A stretch of DNA of 63,994 bases, filler included, from Reticulomyxa filosa (GCA_000512085.1; 22 parts of 22 records of this genome joined end to end with filler, not necessarily neighbours in it); one strand, 5' to 3'; shown: positions 1 to 11,870, numbered from the whole stretch's first letter. Numbers and translations are program-made. Notes: a model not told the origin generated them from the letters alone.

Positions 1-1103
1 AACTTTTGTAAGGAAAAAACTGTAAAAGAAATTGTTAAAAAACACTCGCAGTTTGTTGTTTTCCCGATTAATTTGTTAACAAACAAAGAAGAAGAAAAGG
101 TTTTGTGTTTGTTTTTTATTTGTTTTGGATATACGTACATACTAGTGGGGGAAGTGTTGCTGCTTTTTTTTTTAAGACAAAAAAAAAAGATGTTTGAATT
201 GTTATTTGTGCCAAAGAAGGCAAGATATCACTCGATCAAATCTAGTGAAGAACTTACGTCGCTCAAAGAATATGTTAGCAAAATGAAGGAAAACCAAAAG
301 CACACTTACTACATTACAGATGAATCTCGAGCAAATGTAGAAGTGTCGCCGTTTTTGGAAGCATTGAAGAAGATAGACTTGGAAGTCTTATTTTTAGTGG
401 ACCCTATCGACGTATCCGCGGTCCAACCATTGCGAGAATATGATATAAAGAAATTAGTGTGCGTTACGAAAGAAGAAGAAAAAGTTAGTTTTTTAAAAAG
501 TATACTTATTTAAAAAAAAACTAAAAACATTACGTATAATTGATTTTTGTGTGTTTTTATAGAAACAAGAGGACGAAAAAGTGGCTTATGAATCACTGAC
601 GAAAAAAATGAAGGAGATCCTGGGGGGTAATGTGGAAAAAGTCATTGTCAGATATCGAATGACTTATTCGCCTTGTTCTTTGGTTACAGTGGGATATAGA
701 TGGTCGGCGAATATGGAAAGAATTATGAAGGCTCAAGCCTTAAGAGATAACTCGATGACACAATACATGCAGTCGAAGAAAACAATAGAAATCAACCCGA
801 ACTACGTGATTGTGAGTAACTTAAAAGAAAAATTTGCAGCAGACCCATTCAATAAGACAATTAAAGATCTGGCTGTTATTCGAAACAGCATTGTTGATCA
901 GTGGATTCGTCTTGGAGGAACCAGTAAAATTTGCTGCGATCATAAAATTAACTTCTTCAAATGACGATATGTTTTACTTTTCCAAGTCGGCGTTTTCTGC
1001 CTCAACGTCTGGTTTGTCTGTTGCTTGTTCTTCTGGTGCCTCTTTTGCGTTGTCTTCTTGCGGCTCATAGTCAAAAATGTGTGTGCCTAATTTAATTTGT
1101 TGT
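1..1103 (+). pseudogene. HSP90: Cytosolic HSP90 pseudogene (internal deletions, frameshift, inverted C-terminal tail)
   Basis: VKEIVKKHSQFVVFPI (1-70); LLFVPKKA fused directly to RYHSIKSSEELTSLKEYVSKMKENQK; [16 protein letters not shown]; frameshift near 870 into [13 protein letters not shown]; tail IKLG...SSFEEVN on the minus strand at ~945-1103. Confidence 0.93.
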
Positions 1104-2939
1104 AAGGGGAAACAAAGAAATTGTCATTCTTTGTTTTCCCAATCGCTTTGTTTTTTAATTTTTATGTTAAATTTAATATTTTTGAAAAATATTTTCAAAT
1201 ATCTTTCAGCAAGCAAGTTTTTTTAATCATTCTGATACCAGTTCGCAAAGTGTAAGTCTTTCTGAAAATACTTTTTAAAAAGAAATTTGCTATTAATTTT
1301 CGCAGTACACCAAGTCTAAAGTAAGTATTTCTTGGTAAAAAAAAAGTGCGCAATAATCTATTTTGTCAGCATTTGATTCACAAAAAAAACTAGTCCTTTC
1401 TACTAACTTTAATAAAAATTGGTGGTACAATCAAACAGTCAAGCCACTGTTCAAGAAGAAGCTAGAGTGGTAGCTTCTAGTAATAAACGAGAGTAAGGGC
1501 AATAAATAGATGAGATCAAATTTTTGAACAAGTGGTTGCAGAAGAAGCTAATACAAATTTGCTGGATTTAAGATTGCTTCAATTCAACAGACAATTGAGT
1601 CTCAGAAAAAAGAACAATGTGCAGAAACTATTATATTAGAAGTTAGATGGAACAGAAAACATAACCTTTTTAGATAATATATACTTTAAATCGTCGATCA
1701 AAAACATCAACTCATTTTTAGATAATTTGAAAATGGAGAATATTCTCAATATATTGCAATGCTTAGCCTCAGAATTGGACCAAATGTACATGCAACTGGA
1801 CGAATACTTTTGCAATTTGTTTGTACTGGAATATGAAAAATAATACTGGAGAAAATGAAGCAAATTCAAAGTAAAATAAATGTGTACAAGCATGAAAAAA
1901 AAATCAGTATTGAACATAAAAAAAGGAATTTGGAAGAATTTAAAAAAGTTGCAAACTACAAAGACGTAAGACCTATTACTGGAAAAATCAATATGTATGT
2001 AAAAAGAAACTTATCACAAAAAGTACTGACGTACAATTACCAATAAAACAAAGTACTAGTGAGAATTTTTTTTAATATTAGTTTTTTTACTTTGTTATTT
2101 TGATAGATACGTTTGTTTGATATTAATTTTTCATTAGAGAAAATTTTTTTTTGTATGCTAAAATTATAATATATTTGATCATCGCTTCAAGCTAAGGTTG
2201 TAATTGTTCATAATTACTTAACGTAAAATAAAATTAAAGTCCATTAAGCTATGTAAAAACAGAAAACAAATAATTATTACCTTTACATTAGTCATTACAA
2301 AAAACATTGCATTACAACTGATAACACCATTTCTAGCAAAGAAAGCAACCATAATTATGGAGTTGGATGTACATATGTTTGTTTTTATTTTATAACAGTG
2401 TAAATGCTAAAATACAAAGGTATGTTGTAGTGTTGCTTAATCTAAAAAATAATGGAATTATAGAAGATTACTTCTACAAAATTTAATGGCATAACAACAT
2501 GTATGACATTGATACATGTGAAACAAAACTGGTTAAAATAATGGTAGTTATCGATTTTAAGCTTGACAAATTGTTTCATCGTTGTCTGTATAAAGGTGGG
2601 ATAAAAATTCCATTTCCTTTTCTTTATTCATATTTGGACTAACTGCTGTCATCAGTTCTTCCTTGTTTTTAAGTAAAGGAGAACGAAAAATCTTTGTGAC
2701 ACAAACCTTTTTTATGCTGAACGTATCATTAATAAGATTTAATTTGTTAATTCATACTTACTGTCATCAATATTTTGAACCACTTGCAAAACTTGTATTA
2801 TATTTGAAAAGTCTTTGTGACAAAGATCCCCGCCATGGAGATATGACAAAAGCGTTTCGAGAAGTTCAATCGTATCTTCTAAGAAATCATCGCCACGTAA
2901 AATCCAATAATGATTTAAAGCTTTCCAGTTAAAGATATC

Positions 2940-3152
2940 TTAAATTTTCAAAAATCATATGAAAAAACATTGATTTGAACCAACATAAAAAAAATTATTA
3001 TAAAACTAAGTTCATATCTAAAAACTACAAGCTTTGTAGATGTTTTTTTTTTAGATGAAAAAATTATGTTGAAATGTTTATTTTTCATGGAAAAAATCGA
3101 CTTTCTTCATAGAGATGCCATATAGTATACCAGTTTTTTTTGCAACATACTG
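2940..3152 (-). repeat. Dispersed AT-rich repeat, copy 1
   Basis: Reverse complement contains CAGTATGTTGCAAAAAAAACTG...GATTTTTTCCATGAAAAATAAACATTT...TTCATATGATTTTTGAAAATTT, matching 31200-31350 and 52048-52432. Confidence 0.8.
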
Positions 3153-3331
3153 CATAATCACTGTTGACATATGCAATTCATATTTCATATTTATCACTTT
3201 GCTCGCCATTTAAATTACTCAAAACATTCACTGAACACACTAGTATTTTAGCTAGTTGTTATAACTTTTTATTGTCTTTAAAAAATGAATTTTTTTACTT
3301 CATACTGTTTTAAGTGTTCGATATTACAAAA

Positions 3332-3431
3332 NNNNNNNNNNNNNNNNNNNNNNNNNNNNNNNNNNNNNNNNNNNNTTAATTAATTAANNNNNNNNNNNNN
3401 NNNNNNNNNNNNNNNNNNNNNNNNNNNNNNN
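3332..3431. other. Artificial contig linker (N44-TTAATTAATTAA-N44); first of 21 copies
   Basis: Identical 100-nt spacer with stops in all six frames. Further copies start at 5262, 9075, 10999, 14403, 15670, 16823, 20705, 22903, 26049, 28280, 31385, 32596, 33889, 38715, 46455, 48998, 56525, 58496, 59798 and 61584. Adjacent contigs are not biologically linked. Confidence 0.99.
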
Positions 3432-3963
3432 ATATTGTATACGTTATCCTTTCTAAAAGCAAAAAAAAAACAGTCATTCAACATAAAAAAAATCAAATTA
3501 TACGTAATCGATTATTATTTCGTTTGATGCATAAGCTATCCAAAAAAAATGTTCAACAAGTTGCAATCATGAAAAAAGAAAAAAGAAAAAAGAAAAAAAG
3601 CAATTTGCGAAATTAAGTGTTACATCATCGCCTAAACAACCAAAAAGCATATCCGGATACTCTTGGAAGTAGATCTCTTCTGTTACTTCAGATATCTTGG
3701 ATAACTGTGGATTTTTAGTTTTCTTTTGGTTTGTGCTAATTTTCTTGGTTTTATCACTTTTTTTTCTGCTTTTCAGAAAGTTTTTTCTCGATTTAAATTT
3801 GAAAAAACAGTGGTCTTAAGCCAGGGACCTCAGTGAACAACAATTTTGGGTCAAATCCATCTATCTTGTTTGATCTCCAAAGATTATGTATGAACTTTGT
3901 AATTTTTACGACAATATAATAGCGAGAAAAACGTGTTACCTATCAACTCAAAGCAAAGTTTTT

Positions 3964-4396
3964 ATGATTGATCAACAGGTCTGGTATTAGGTCACTTCAA
4001 GGATTGCGTGCGTTGAACCGCGTCCGGCCTTCGATGATGATAAGAAATACTGGTTTTCAGGGAATACCATTAGTAAGACCAAATTTTCGTGCGTTTTCGG
4101 GAGGTCGCCAGTTTAAAGAAGAAGGCTTTCACGAAGATTATGTCAGGCTAGACTCACCGGCCATTCAGGCATTAATCCAGCCTCCATGGTTGGATATGGT
4201 GAATAGAACTCTAGTTGTATCGCTGACAGTATTTGTGTCTTTTTGGTTCCTGCGTTATTTTTACTGCGTGTTCTATGGAATCTATGCCAACCATAAAGTA
4301 GTAAACAGAGGGCACAAAGAAAGAGAAAGAAGACAATTGTTGACAAAATATGCCAATGAAGACGAAGAAATAACCAAGCTTGTCACAAATTCTTAA
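3964..4396 (+). CDS. Small single-pass membrane protein with a probable mitochondrial presequence
   Basis: Arg-rich, acid-free N-terminus ending RAF|S (R-3-type cleavage motif) and one TM helix (TLVVSLTVFVSFWFL). The ATG at 3964 is one base out of frame with the 3968 ORF, suggesting an indel error or a downstream start. Confidence 0.6.
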
Positions 4397-5017
4397 CTTG
4401 TTGTTAATTTTCATTCTTTTTTTTTTTTTTTTTTTTGAGAAGTGTAACTCCTCAAATGAACATTTTTAAATTTTCTTATTCACTTATCTTCATCCAAAAA
4501 GTGTGCAGACACTAAACATTTGGCAAAAAAAATGGCAGATTCTAATATGATTCCAAACAAGCTAAAACATTTTTAAGTTTGTGCTCTCAGTAATTTCATT
4601 AAAAGTGCTGTTCTTATTTGGGTTTTTTCGTTAAAAATATTGACGTGGTTTATTTTTTATTTGGAGGAAATATTTGTGAGAAAATGTTTTACATGTTGAA
4701 ACGTCAGAATTTCAAACAAACAAATAATAATTTGGTTGTACATAAGTTCCCAGTCAATTAAAATCCCAGGATCCAAAAAAATGAAATAATTATCCAAACA
4801 ATACAAAATATTCATTCAAAAAAAAAAAAAAACATCTGAGCAAGAACATGTTTTTTTGTTACAAAATATGTAGGCAAATATTGTGAAATGCATAAACACA
4901 ACAAAAAAAAAATATATGAAATATATCGGAAGATTTTGCTCAATGGACCGTATAAACTAGTAACAACTGATACAGTATAATTGAAGAAAGCCCCGACTTC
5001 GAGAAGAAGGGCGAATA

Positions 5018-5261
5018 TTATTCGTGAGGCGCATTGCCAGCCAAAAGCAAATGCTCCATGGTACCGAATGAAGGTTCGCCCATTGGAAAGTGAGGCATTT
5101 TGGACAATGTATTTTTTTGTTCGTTGAATTTTTTTGGGACAGCGAAATCATATTGCGCATTCGATCTCGGAGTATAGTTTGAGTTGACAGTGTTGGCAGT
5201 GAGTCCACTGAGAAGAGGTGTGGCCATGGGAATAGCAGTCAAAGGCGTTTGCAAGCCGTCG
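5018..5261 (-). CDS. 3' terminal exon of an unknown gene (partial)
   Basis: Higher-GC open frame running from the contig edge to a stop, followed by AT-rich sequence. Confidence 0.4.
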
Positions 5262-5370
5262 NNNNNNNNNNNNNNNNNNNNNNNNNNNNNNNNNNNNNNN
5301 NNNNNTTAATTAATTAANNNNNNNNNNNNNNNNNNNNNNNNNNNNNNNNNNNNNNNNNNNNAAAAAAAAG

Positions 5371-7276
5371 CGGTGGGATTAATACTTCAATAATGCAATG
5401 GCCACCCTGAGCGACGAAGACAAAAAACTAACCGCAGCTAACGTCACTGGTAGATATGCTGCATCGAGGCATAGGAATCCACCACGCAGGACTGCTGCCG
5501 ATATTGAAGGAAGTGGTGGAGATATTGTTCGGCGAGGGTCTAATCAAGGTGCTTGTAGCGACGGAGACCTTTGCGATGGGCGTCAACTTCCCTGCGAAAA
5601 CGGTGATCTTCAGCAACGTCCGCAAATGGGATGGTAGTCAGCGCCGACTGCTCACCAGCGGTGAGTACGTGCAAATGAGTGGACGAGCAGGACGTCGAGG
5701 CTTGGACGCCCGTGGGATCGTCATCATGTGTGTAGACGAAAACTTGGAGCCGACAGAAGTAACGAGAATGCTTCGAGGACAGGCCGATCGCTTGGTGAGC
5801 GAGTTCCGCTTGACATATCCGATGATCATCCAATTGACAAGAATCGAAGACGTCAAAGCCTCTTATCTGATTCAGCGCTCGTTCATGCATTTCCAAACGC
5901 TTGAAAAGACGCCACAAATCATTCGCTCCATTCAAGTGCTGGAACAAGAGGAAAAAGAAATCGTCAGTCGCTTTTTCAGTGCCAATCCCGACTCCTCTGA
6001 CGATGCCAAACACCGTGGCATCGACTTGCAGAAAATGACCGAGTTCTATGAATTGAATCGCGCCTGGAAAGACCTGTCCGAAGAGTTTCGACAGGAACTT
6101 TGCAAGCCAAAGCATCTGCTGCGTTGGCTGAATCCTGGAAGACTCGTCTTCGTCTCCCAAACACGGACAAATCAGAAAATATGGGGATGGGGCATTTGTC
6201 TCAATTTTAAGAAATTAAATGATAGTCAAGTTCAAGGTAAGATACAAAAATATTTTATCAAACAAATTTTGTAATTGTTATATATGTACACATATATGTA
6301 TATGTACATATACATATACATACATATATATATAAATATATATAAATATATATATATTTATATATACATATATATTATAGCAATACAAAGACAACATGGT
6401 GATGAAACGCTAAAGATTGAATACGTTGTGGATGTTCTATTGCCATGTCGGAAAGACACTCCATCCGATGAGTCGCATGCGCCATTAATGCCTATTGACA
6501 GCAGTGACTGGTGTCGGTTTATTGTAAATCCCAATGACTGCAGTGATGCGACGATATCGTTTCGCATTATCCCTGTGCAACTGCATCACATCGAACGTGT
6601 ATCCATTGCTCGTGTGAACTTGCTGGCATCCTTACATTTGCAAAAGCAGCGGCAAGTGATGGGCGTGCGGCTGTTCCAATCGGTGAAAAAACTCGCTAGC
6701 ACTGCCAATAGTAAAGTATGGGCCAATCCCAACGTGTCCGCGCTTGACAACGAAAAACTGCAGGACGAGTATTACCATATCCCGTGCTTGCACCCTGTCA
6801 CAGATATGAAGATATCCTCGACCAAAATGAAGACGCTTGCGGACAAAATGGATCACTTGAAAGCGTGCATGAGGGGACATGATGTTTATACACAATTGCA
6901 AAGCAGTGCGGAAATGAAAGAGTACATGAAGAACTTTGAACGCAAAAAAGCCATCGAACAAGAAGTCTCCAAACTTCAAGGCGAATTGCATGCGTTGGAA
7001 AACAATGAACATATAAGCTTGCGTTTGAAGGGAATGAATCGAGTCCTTCGAAGGCTGCAATTGGTTGATAACAAACAACACGTGGTCACGGTCAAGGGAA
7101 GAATCGCTTGTGAAATATCATGTGCTGATGAACTGGTACTCACTGAGCTATTGTTTGGAAATATCTTTGCAGAGATGAAATCTGCTGCTCATGTCAATGC
7201 TTTATTGTCATGTTTCGTATTTGATGAAAAGGTTTTGTTTTTTTTTTTTTTTTTGTTTTTTTTTGTAATATATACT

Positions 7277-7312
<36 letters not shown>

Positions 7313-7754
7313 ACAACGCATATACATATGTACGTATATTACACGTATTGCGATTCAAATGGCAAACAAGAACAACACAGCAGATGATGCTTCAGCTAAT
7401 GAAGATTTGGAAAAGTCCTATCGTCAATTGAGAGAGAAAATTCGACAAATTGCTGAAATCTGTATTGAAAGCAAATTGGATATAAACCCCAAAAAATATG
7501 AGGAAGAATTTAGTAAGACGTTGATGGAAGTATGTTATGCTTGGACAAACGGTAGCAAATTTGGGGACATTATGAAAATGACCAAGGTCTACGAGGGATC
7601 CATTGTTCGAGTCATTCGCCGATTGCACGAACTATTAGATGAGTTAGTCAATTGCTCTCATTTGATGGGAAATGAAAAATTAGTACAGCTCTTTGACCAA
7701 TGTCAAAACTCGCTCAAACGAGATATCATTTTTGCTTCCTCGCTTTACTTGTGA
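5371..7754 (+). CDS. MTR4: Exosome-associated Ski2-like DExH RNA helicase MTR4, 5'-truncated; introns 6237-6380 and 7232-7370
   Basis: GIHHAGLLPILKE, ATETFAMGVN, QMSGRAGRRG, KOW-arch PGRLV..WGWG, KGRIACEISCADEL and C-terminal RDIIFASSLYL. Both GT-AG introns restore the frame. An apparent +1 indel near 5430 separates FNNAMATLSDEDKKL from PQLTSLVDMLHRG. Confidence 0.95.
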
Positions 7755-8133
7755 TTTCTTCATTATTGTTTATTTCACTTTTTTTTTTACAAAGATAATT
7801 ACATTCAAAAAAATTTAAATAAAAAACGCTGTTGTTGTCTTCAGTTTTCTGCTTCTTATGTTTGTTTTATTTGAATTATCATTTTTTAAAAAATAAAAGG
7901 TAATACTTGTCTTGTTGAAATTGGTTGCGTTTCAGTAAAAAATTAACCGTTTCTACTATATATTTTTTATACAACAGCCCTTTTAAGACAAGTTGTCATT
8001 AAATGGTCGCACAAACCAAAAATGTGTATTTGACGGAAATAGAACAATCTCCAAATGCATAAAATAACAATTTAGTTGTGCTTTCGAAAAGTGGTCAGAA
8101 CTTTTCAACTTAGACCAATACCCAAACAAAAAT

Positions 8134-8903
8134 ATGTCCAAAACAAAAAAAAACAAAAAAGATGAGAAAAATTCCAAATCAAAAAAAATCGTAAAAAATC
8201 GACGAGCAGACAATCAGTTGAGTAACTACAACTGGCCAGACTGCGTTCAACCAAGTGGAAAAACACATTGGGGAGAATGGAAAGAAACCAATGCAAAGCA
8301 CATCGCCGTGAGATCTGCTGATTATATTACTGTAAAAAAAAAAAAATGATCTCCTTTCTCTTTTTTTTGTTCTTCATAAATAACATAAAAAAAATGTGGT
8401 CACCAAATGGGTCACTCTTTCAAAAAAAAAAAAGACGCGAAAAAAAATAAAATCGAAGCGATCACTACTAAAACTAGCTTATCAAGAATTTATTGAAGCA
8501 ACTTTGGAAGAGTCAAGACACATAGCAACGCACGAGAATTCTTGGTACAAAAATAACCATGGAAAATTGCCCAAAGATACATTTCATTTGATTGTGAGCA
8601 TTCAATTGCAAAGTATCAAGATAGCAATAATAAGTTATTACGTGATGCGGACCGAAGATTCGTTGTTTGGTGGGAATGAAAGCAATGGAGAAGAAACCAG
8701 GGCAGAGAAAGAGAACGGCACCACATCGCCGATCGTGGACAGCGAAGCAGACACAATGAAGAGTAACAGCAGTACAGCAACGTCTAGCAGTGAGTTAAAT
8801 CGCAATGGAAACAATCCTTTGAACGCAAGTGCCAGTGGCCTAAACACTGAAAATTTGAAACTATACAACGAGTTGATGGAGCTTCAAGAGCATGAAAATG
8901 CAG
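8134..8903 (+). CDS. EDR2 C-terminal (DUF1336)-like domain protein, 3'-truncated; intron 8332-8434
   Basis: Spliced product W..T....IAVRSADYIT|TRKKIKSKRSLLKL...RHIATHENSW...FHLIVSIQL...IISYY parallels the EDR2_C pattern VRGxxYLxxKxK...LLxL...HIA...FxLVVNLQ...LVLYF. Confidence 0.7.
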
Positions 8904-9260
8904 GTTTTGCAAATCACACCTATATACTACATATACATATGTATTTTTTGTTTTGTTTTTTTAATAGAATGTAGTTTACACTTTGACTTTTCATTGTTGA
9001 TCACTACATTAGCATTGAATTTTGATGGTGTATATACTTATAATGATATACATACATGTATACATACATGTATANNNNNNNNNNNNNNNNNNNNNNNNNN
9101 NNNNNNNNNNNNNNNNNNTTAATTAATTAANNNNNNNNNNNNNNNNNNNNNNNNNNNNNNNNNNNNNNNNNNNNCCATTCTAATTCCTTTCTTCTCCTTA
9201 ACTTGACGCGTATGCTTCAGAAAACACCCTCAAATTTGATGAATAATCGATAACAAAAAA

Positions 9261-9509
9261 TTAATCTTCTATTAAGCCTAAAGCTCTTTTATAAGTGTCG
9301 AGTAAAGCTTCTTCTTCAGCAAGCTCTTCTTTTTTCATTTTTCTAGCTTTGATAACTTGTTTCATAATTTTAGGCTCAAAACCATTACCTTTCGCTTCCA
9401 TAAACAAATCGCGAACATGTTCAGCAATTTCTCTTTTCTCTTGCTCTAAACGCTCTATTCTTTCAATGAATTGTTTTAAAACATCAGATGCGATGCCACC
9501 TACTGCCAT
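9261..9509 (-). CDS. gapR: DUF2312/UPF0335 nucleoid-associated protein (GapR homolog), alphaproteobacterial
   Basis: LKQFIERIERLEQEKREIAEHVRDLFMEAKGNGFEPKIMKQVI...EEEALLDTYKRALG matches the GapR family. A Shine-Dalgarno-like GGAGA lies just upstream of the ATG; no introns. Confidence 0.93.
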   Translation of the reverse strand: MAVGGIASDVLKQFIERIERLEQEKREIAEHVRDLFMEAKGNGFEPKIMKQVIKARKMKKEELAEEEALLDTYKRALGLIED

Positions 9510-9531
9510 TAGATATCTCCATTTTGGTTAG

Positions 9532-10581
9532 TTAATTGTAAAAGTCGCTTTTTAAGTATTTTGTAATGGAGAATCTTATAACGATTCCTAAAGCTGCAGT
9601 CAAGGGGACAGCTATTAAAATTCCTAAAAATCCAAATAAAGAACCTCCAGCTAATAGTCCAAACATGATCCAGACTGGATGCAAACCTACTTTACTTCCA
9701 ATTAGCTTAGGAGTGATGATATAACCCTCAAGTATTTGACCTAAAATAAAAATAAAACCAACTAATCCTATATAATACCAATTTTGAAATTGAAGGGCTG
9801 ATACCAGTATGGCCAGAGTTGAACCAAATAAAGCTCCAACATATGGGATGAAAGTTAATGTTCCTGTAATAAAACCTAGAGCAATTCCTGAATCCAAACC
9901 GATTAGGGCTAATCCTAAAGCATAATAACACCCTAATATAATACATACGTAGATTTGGCCACGAAGATAGCCAGACAAAGTGTTATCTAAATCTTCTATT
10001 AATTGAATTGCATCTCCCTTAAATTTAATAGGTATTAATGCTTTAAATTTATTAGTAAAGGAATCCCAATCTCTGAGTATATAAAAGGTAACAATCGGTG
10101 TAATAAAAATAAGGGAAAGAATATTGATAGCGATTACACCAGAATGGAATATATTTTTTAATAATCCACTCGCAAAGGACATAACATAACGAAGAAAATC
10201 ATTTAAACTATCGTCAATTTTATTTAAAAGTTCTGGTGAAAATACCTCTACCTTATGAATAAGCTTATCTAGTGAATCCTGATTTATATTTGTTATATAG
10301 TGATTTAAAAACTCAATTAATTTGGTTGATTGAGTATAAATAATTGGAATTATCATTAATGAAAATAATCCCATTATAATAAAAAAGCAGATTACGATAA
10401 TTACCGTAGCAAATGATCTAGGAATACTAAAATTATTCAACCTCTGAACAGAAGGTGCTAAAAGGTAAGCTAAAATTATAGCGACTATAAAAGGCATCAA
10501 TATTCCTTTTAAAACGTATATAATTCCTGCTAAGGAAGCGGTTATTAATATGATTAGAAATGATTTGTCTTTTAGCAGCAT
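9532..10581 (-). CDS. AI-2E family (PerM-like) inner-membrane transporter, bacterial
   Basis: 349 aa, multi-TM, with PFIVAIILAYLLAP, YLRGQ, FIPYVG and EGYIITPKLIGSKVGLHPVWIMFGLLAGGSLFGFLGILIAVP family motifs. Lies 22 nt upstream of gapR, consistent with an operon. Confidence 0.92.
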   Translation of the reverse strand: MLLKDKSFLIILITASLAGIIYVLKGILMPFIVAIILAYLLAPSVQRLNNFSIPRSFATVIIVICFFIIMGLFSLMIIPIIYTQSTKLIEFLNHYITNINQDSLDKLIHKVEVFSPELLNKIDDSLNDFLRYVMSFASGLLKNIFHSGVIAINILSLIFITPIVTFYILRDWDSFTNKFKALIPIKFKGDAIQLIEDLDNTLSGYLRGQIYVCIILGCYYALGLALIGLDSGIALGFITGTLTFIPYVGALFGSTLAILVSALQFQNWYYIGLVGFIFILGQILEGYIITPKLIGSKVGLHPVWIMFGLLAGGSLFGFLGILIAVPLTAALGIVIRFSITKYLKSDFYN

Positions 10582-10668
10582 GCGTTAAACTATCTATTTA
10601 ACTTCTAAAGGTAAGGGAATTTGCTTAAATTACAAGATTTTATTGAAGTTAATAGAGGAGAAAGAAAA

Positions 10669-10998
10669 CTAATGATAGGTTTCGTTGTACATTTCCAATT
10701 TTGTATATAAATATTCCTCGTCATTATAAAGTTTATTTTGATCTGGAGAATTATTATCTTCAGAGTTTTTTAATAATGATTCTTCTTCATTTTTGTTTAA
10801 GTTAAAAATTAGCGAAAATAGTTCAGAAAACTCAATATTATTAGCAGTATAACCAATACCAAAAGCTAAGCCAAAGCCTAAGAAATTAGGATGGCAATAT
10901 TTAAATCCCCAGTCAGCTGCTATACCTAATACTAATCCTAGGTTAATATGAATCGGAGAGTCTTTACCTAAAGATAGATATGATTTTTGCTTGAAAAT
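10669..10998 (-). CDS. 3' part of a bacterial hypothetical membrane protein (probable homopolymer frameshift near 10795)
   Basis: Open frame from the contig edge IFKQKSYLSLGKDSPIHINLGLVLGIAADWG...; an alternative frame continues NEEESLLKNSEDNNSPDQ...YH*. Confidence 0.4.
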   Translation of the reverse strand: MFKQKSYLSLGKDSPIHINLGLVLGIAADWGFKYCHPNFLGFGLAFGIGYTANNIEFSELFSLIFNLNKNEEESLLKNSEDNNSPDQNKLYNDEEYLYTKLEMYNETYH

Positions 10999-11189
10999 NN
11001 NNNNNNNNNNNNNNNNNNNNNNNNNNNNNNNNNNNNNNNNNNTTAATTAATTAANNNNNNNNNNNNNNNNNNNNNNNNNNNNNNNNNNNNNNNNNNNNAA
11101 AAAAAAAAAAAAAAAACCTGATTAAATCATCTTTATACGTAACACATCATACATGTACTCATAACATGCATATATAAAATACATATAAC

Positions 11190-11870
11190 TTTATAAACAT
11201 GATACACCAAAAAACTAAATAAAGTGATATTCCAAAAGAGGTGAATAATAATGGTGGCTGCGATAATCGACATCTCAGCAGGGCCAGTGGTATCACAGCT
11301 GCGGAGTTGTAAGCGTAGATTGTGAGCAAACAAAACGCAGCCAAAGGTGATGACAGGAGCAACGGCGAGGAAATATTGACGATATTTGGGTACTTCCAAG
11401 ACACTCCCTTGGAGAAGCACGACGGTTCGGATTAAGTAAAATGAGTAAAACAGTCCGTCAATAAACACCCGTAAAAATACAATATATAATCCGTGAGAAC
11501 ATGCTTGTCCTGGAGAGTCGACCAACGCATAAATCAACGGCTCACATACACTACCAATGCAGGCCAACGCACAACCGAATACGTATAACGTTGCGATCCA
11601 CTTAATTCGAAGATCAATCGTCGGTGATCTTCTCACTATCTTTTCTGTTGCGGATATGCTTACACTCATTTCTGTCGTGCTCTTTTGTGACGACATTTGA
11701 ATTTCGCTGGTCATCTCACTACCTACTCTTTCTCTTGTCACTGCCCACAGATTACGCCACACTACGTACGACAACCAAAGACAATATACACCGCATAAAA
11801 GATTGAATGCAAGAGCAGCCACAAAGCCACTGTTTGAATGAAAATCTAGTTTTTGGGCATTCAAAAACAT
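11190..11870 (-). CDS. Multi-pass (GPCR-like) membrane protein, 3'-truncated at an intron
   Basis: About five hydrophobic helices, a Cys before helix 3, and YLIRTVVLLQGS; a GT donor follows YHVYK. Confidence 0.6.

Noticed and set aside
3376-3387. TTAATTAATTAA palindrome recurring 21 times
   Set aside because: Artificial six-frame-stop linker between N-runs; not biological.
5540-7081. Antisense ORFs of 206 and 149 aa opposite MTR4
   Set aside because: Shadows of a conserved, higher-GC coding strand; no motifs.
9175-10998. Horizontal transfer of bacterial genes into the host genome
   Set aside because: The contig is bacterial end to end; its neighbours are joined only by linkers.
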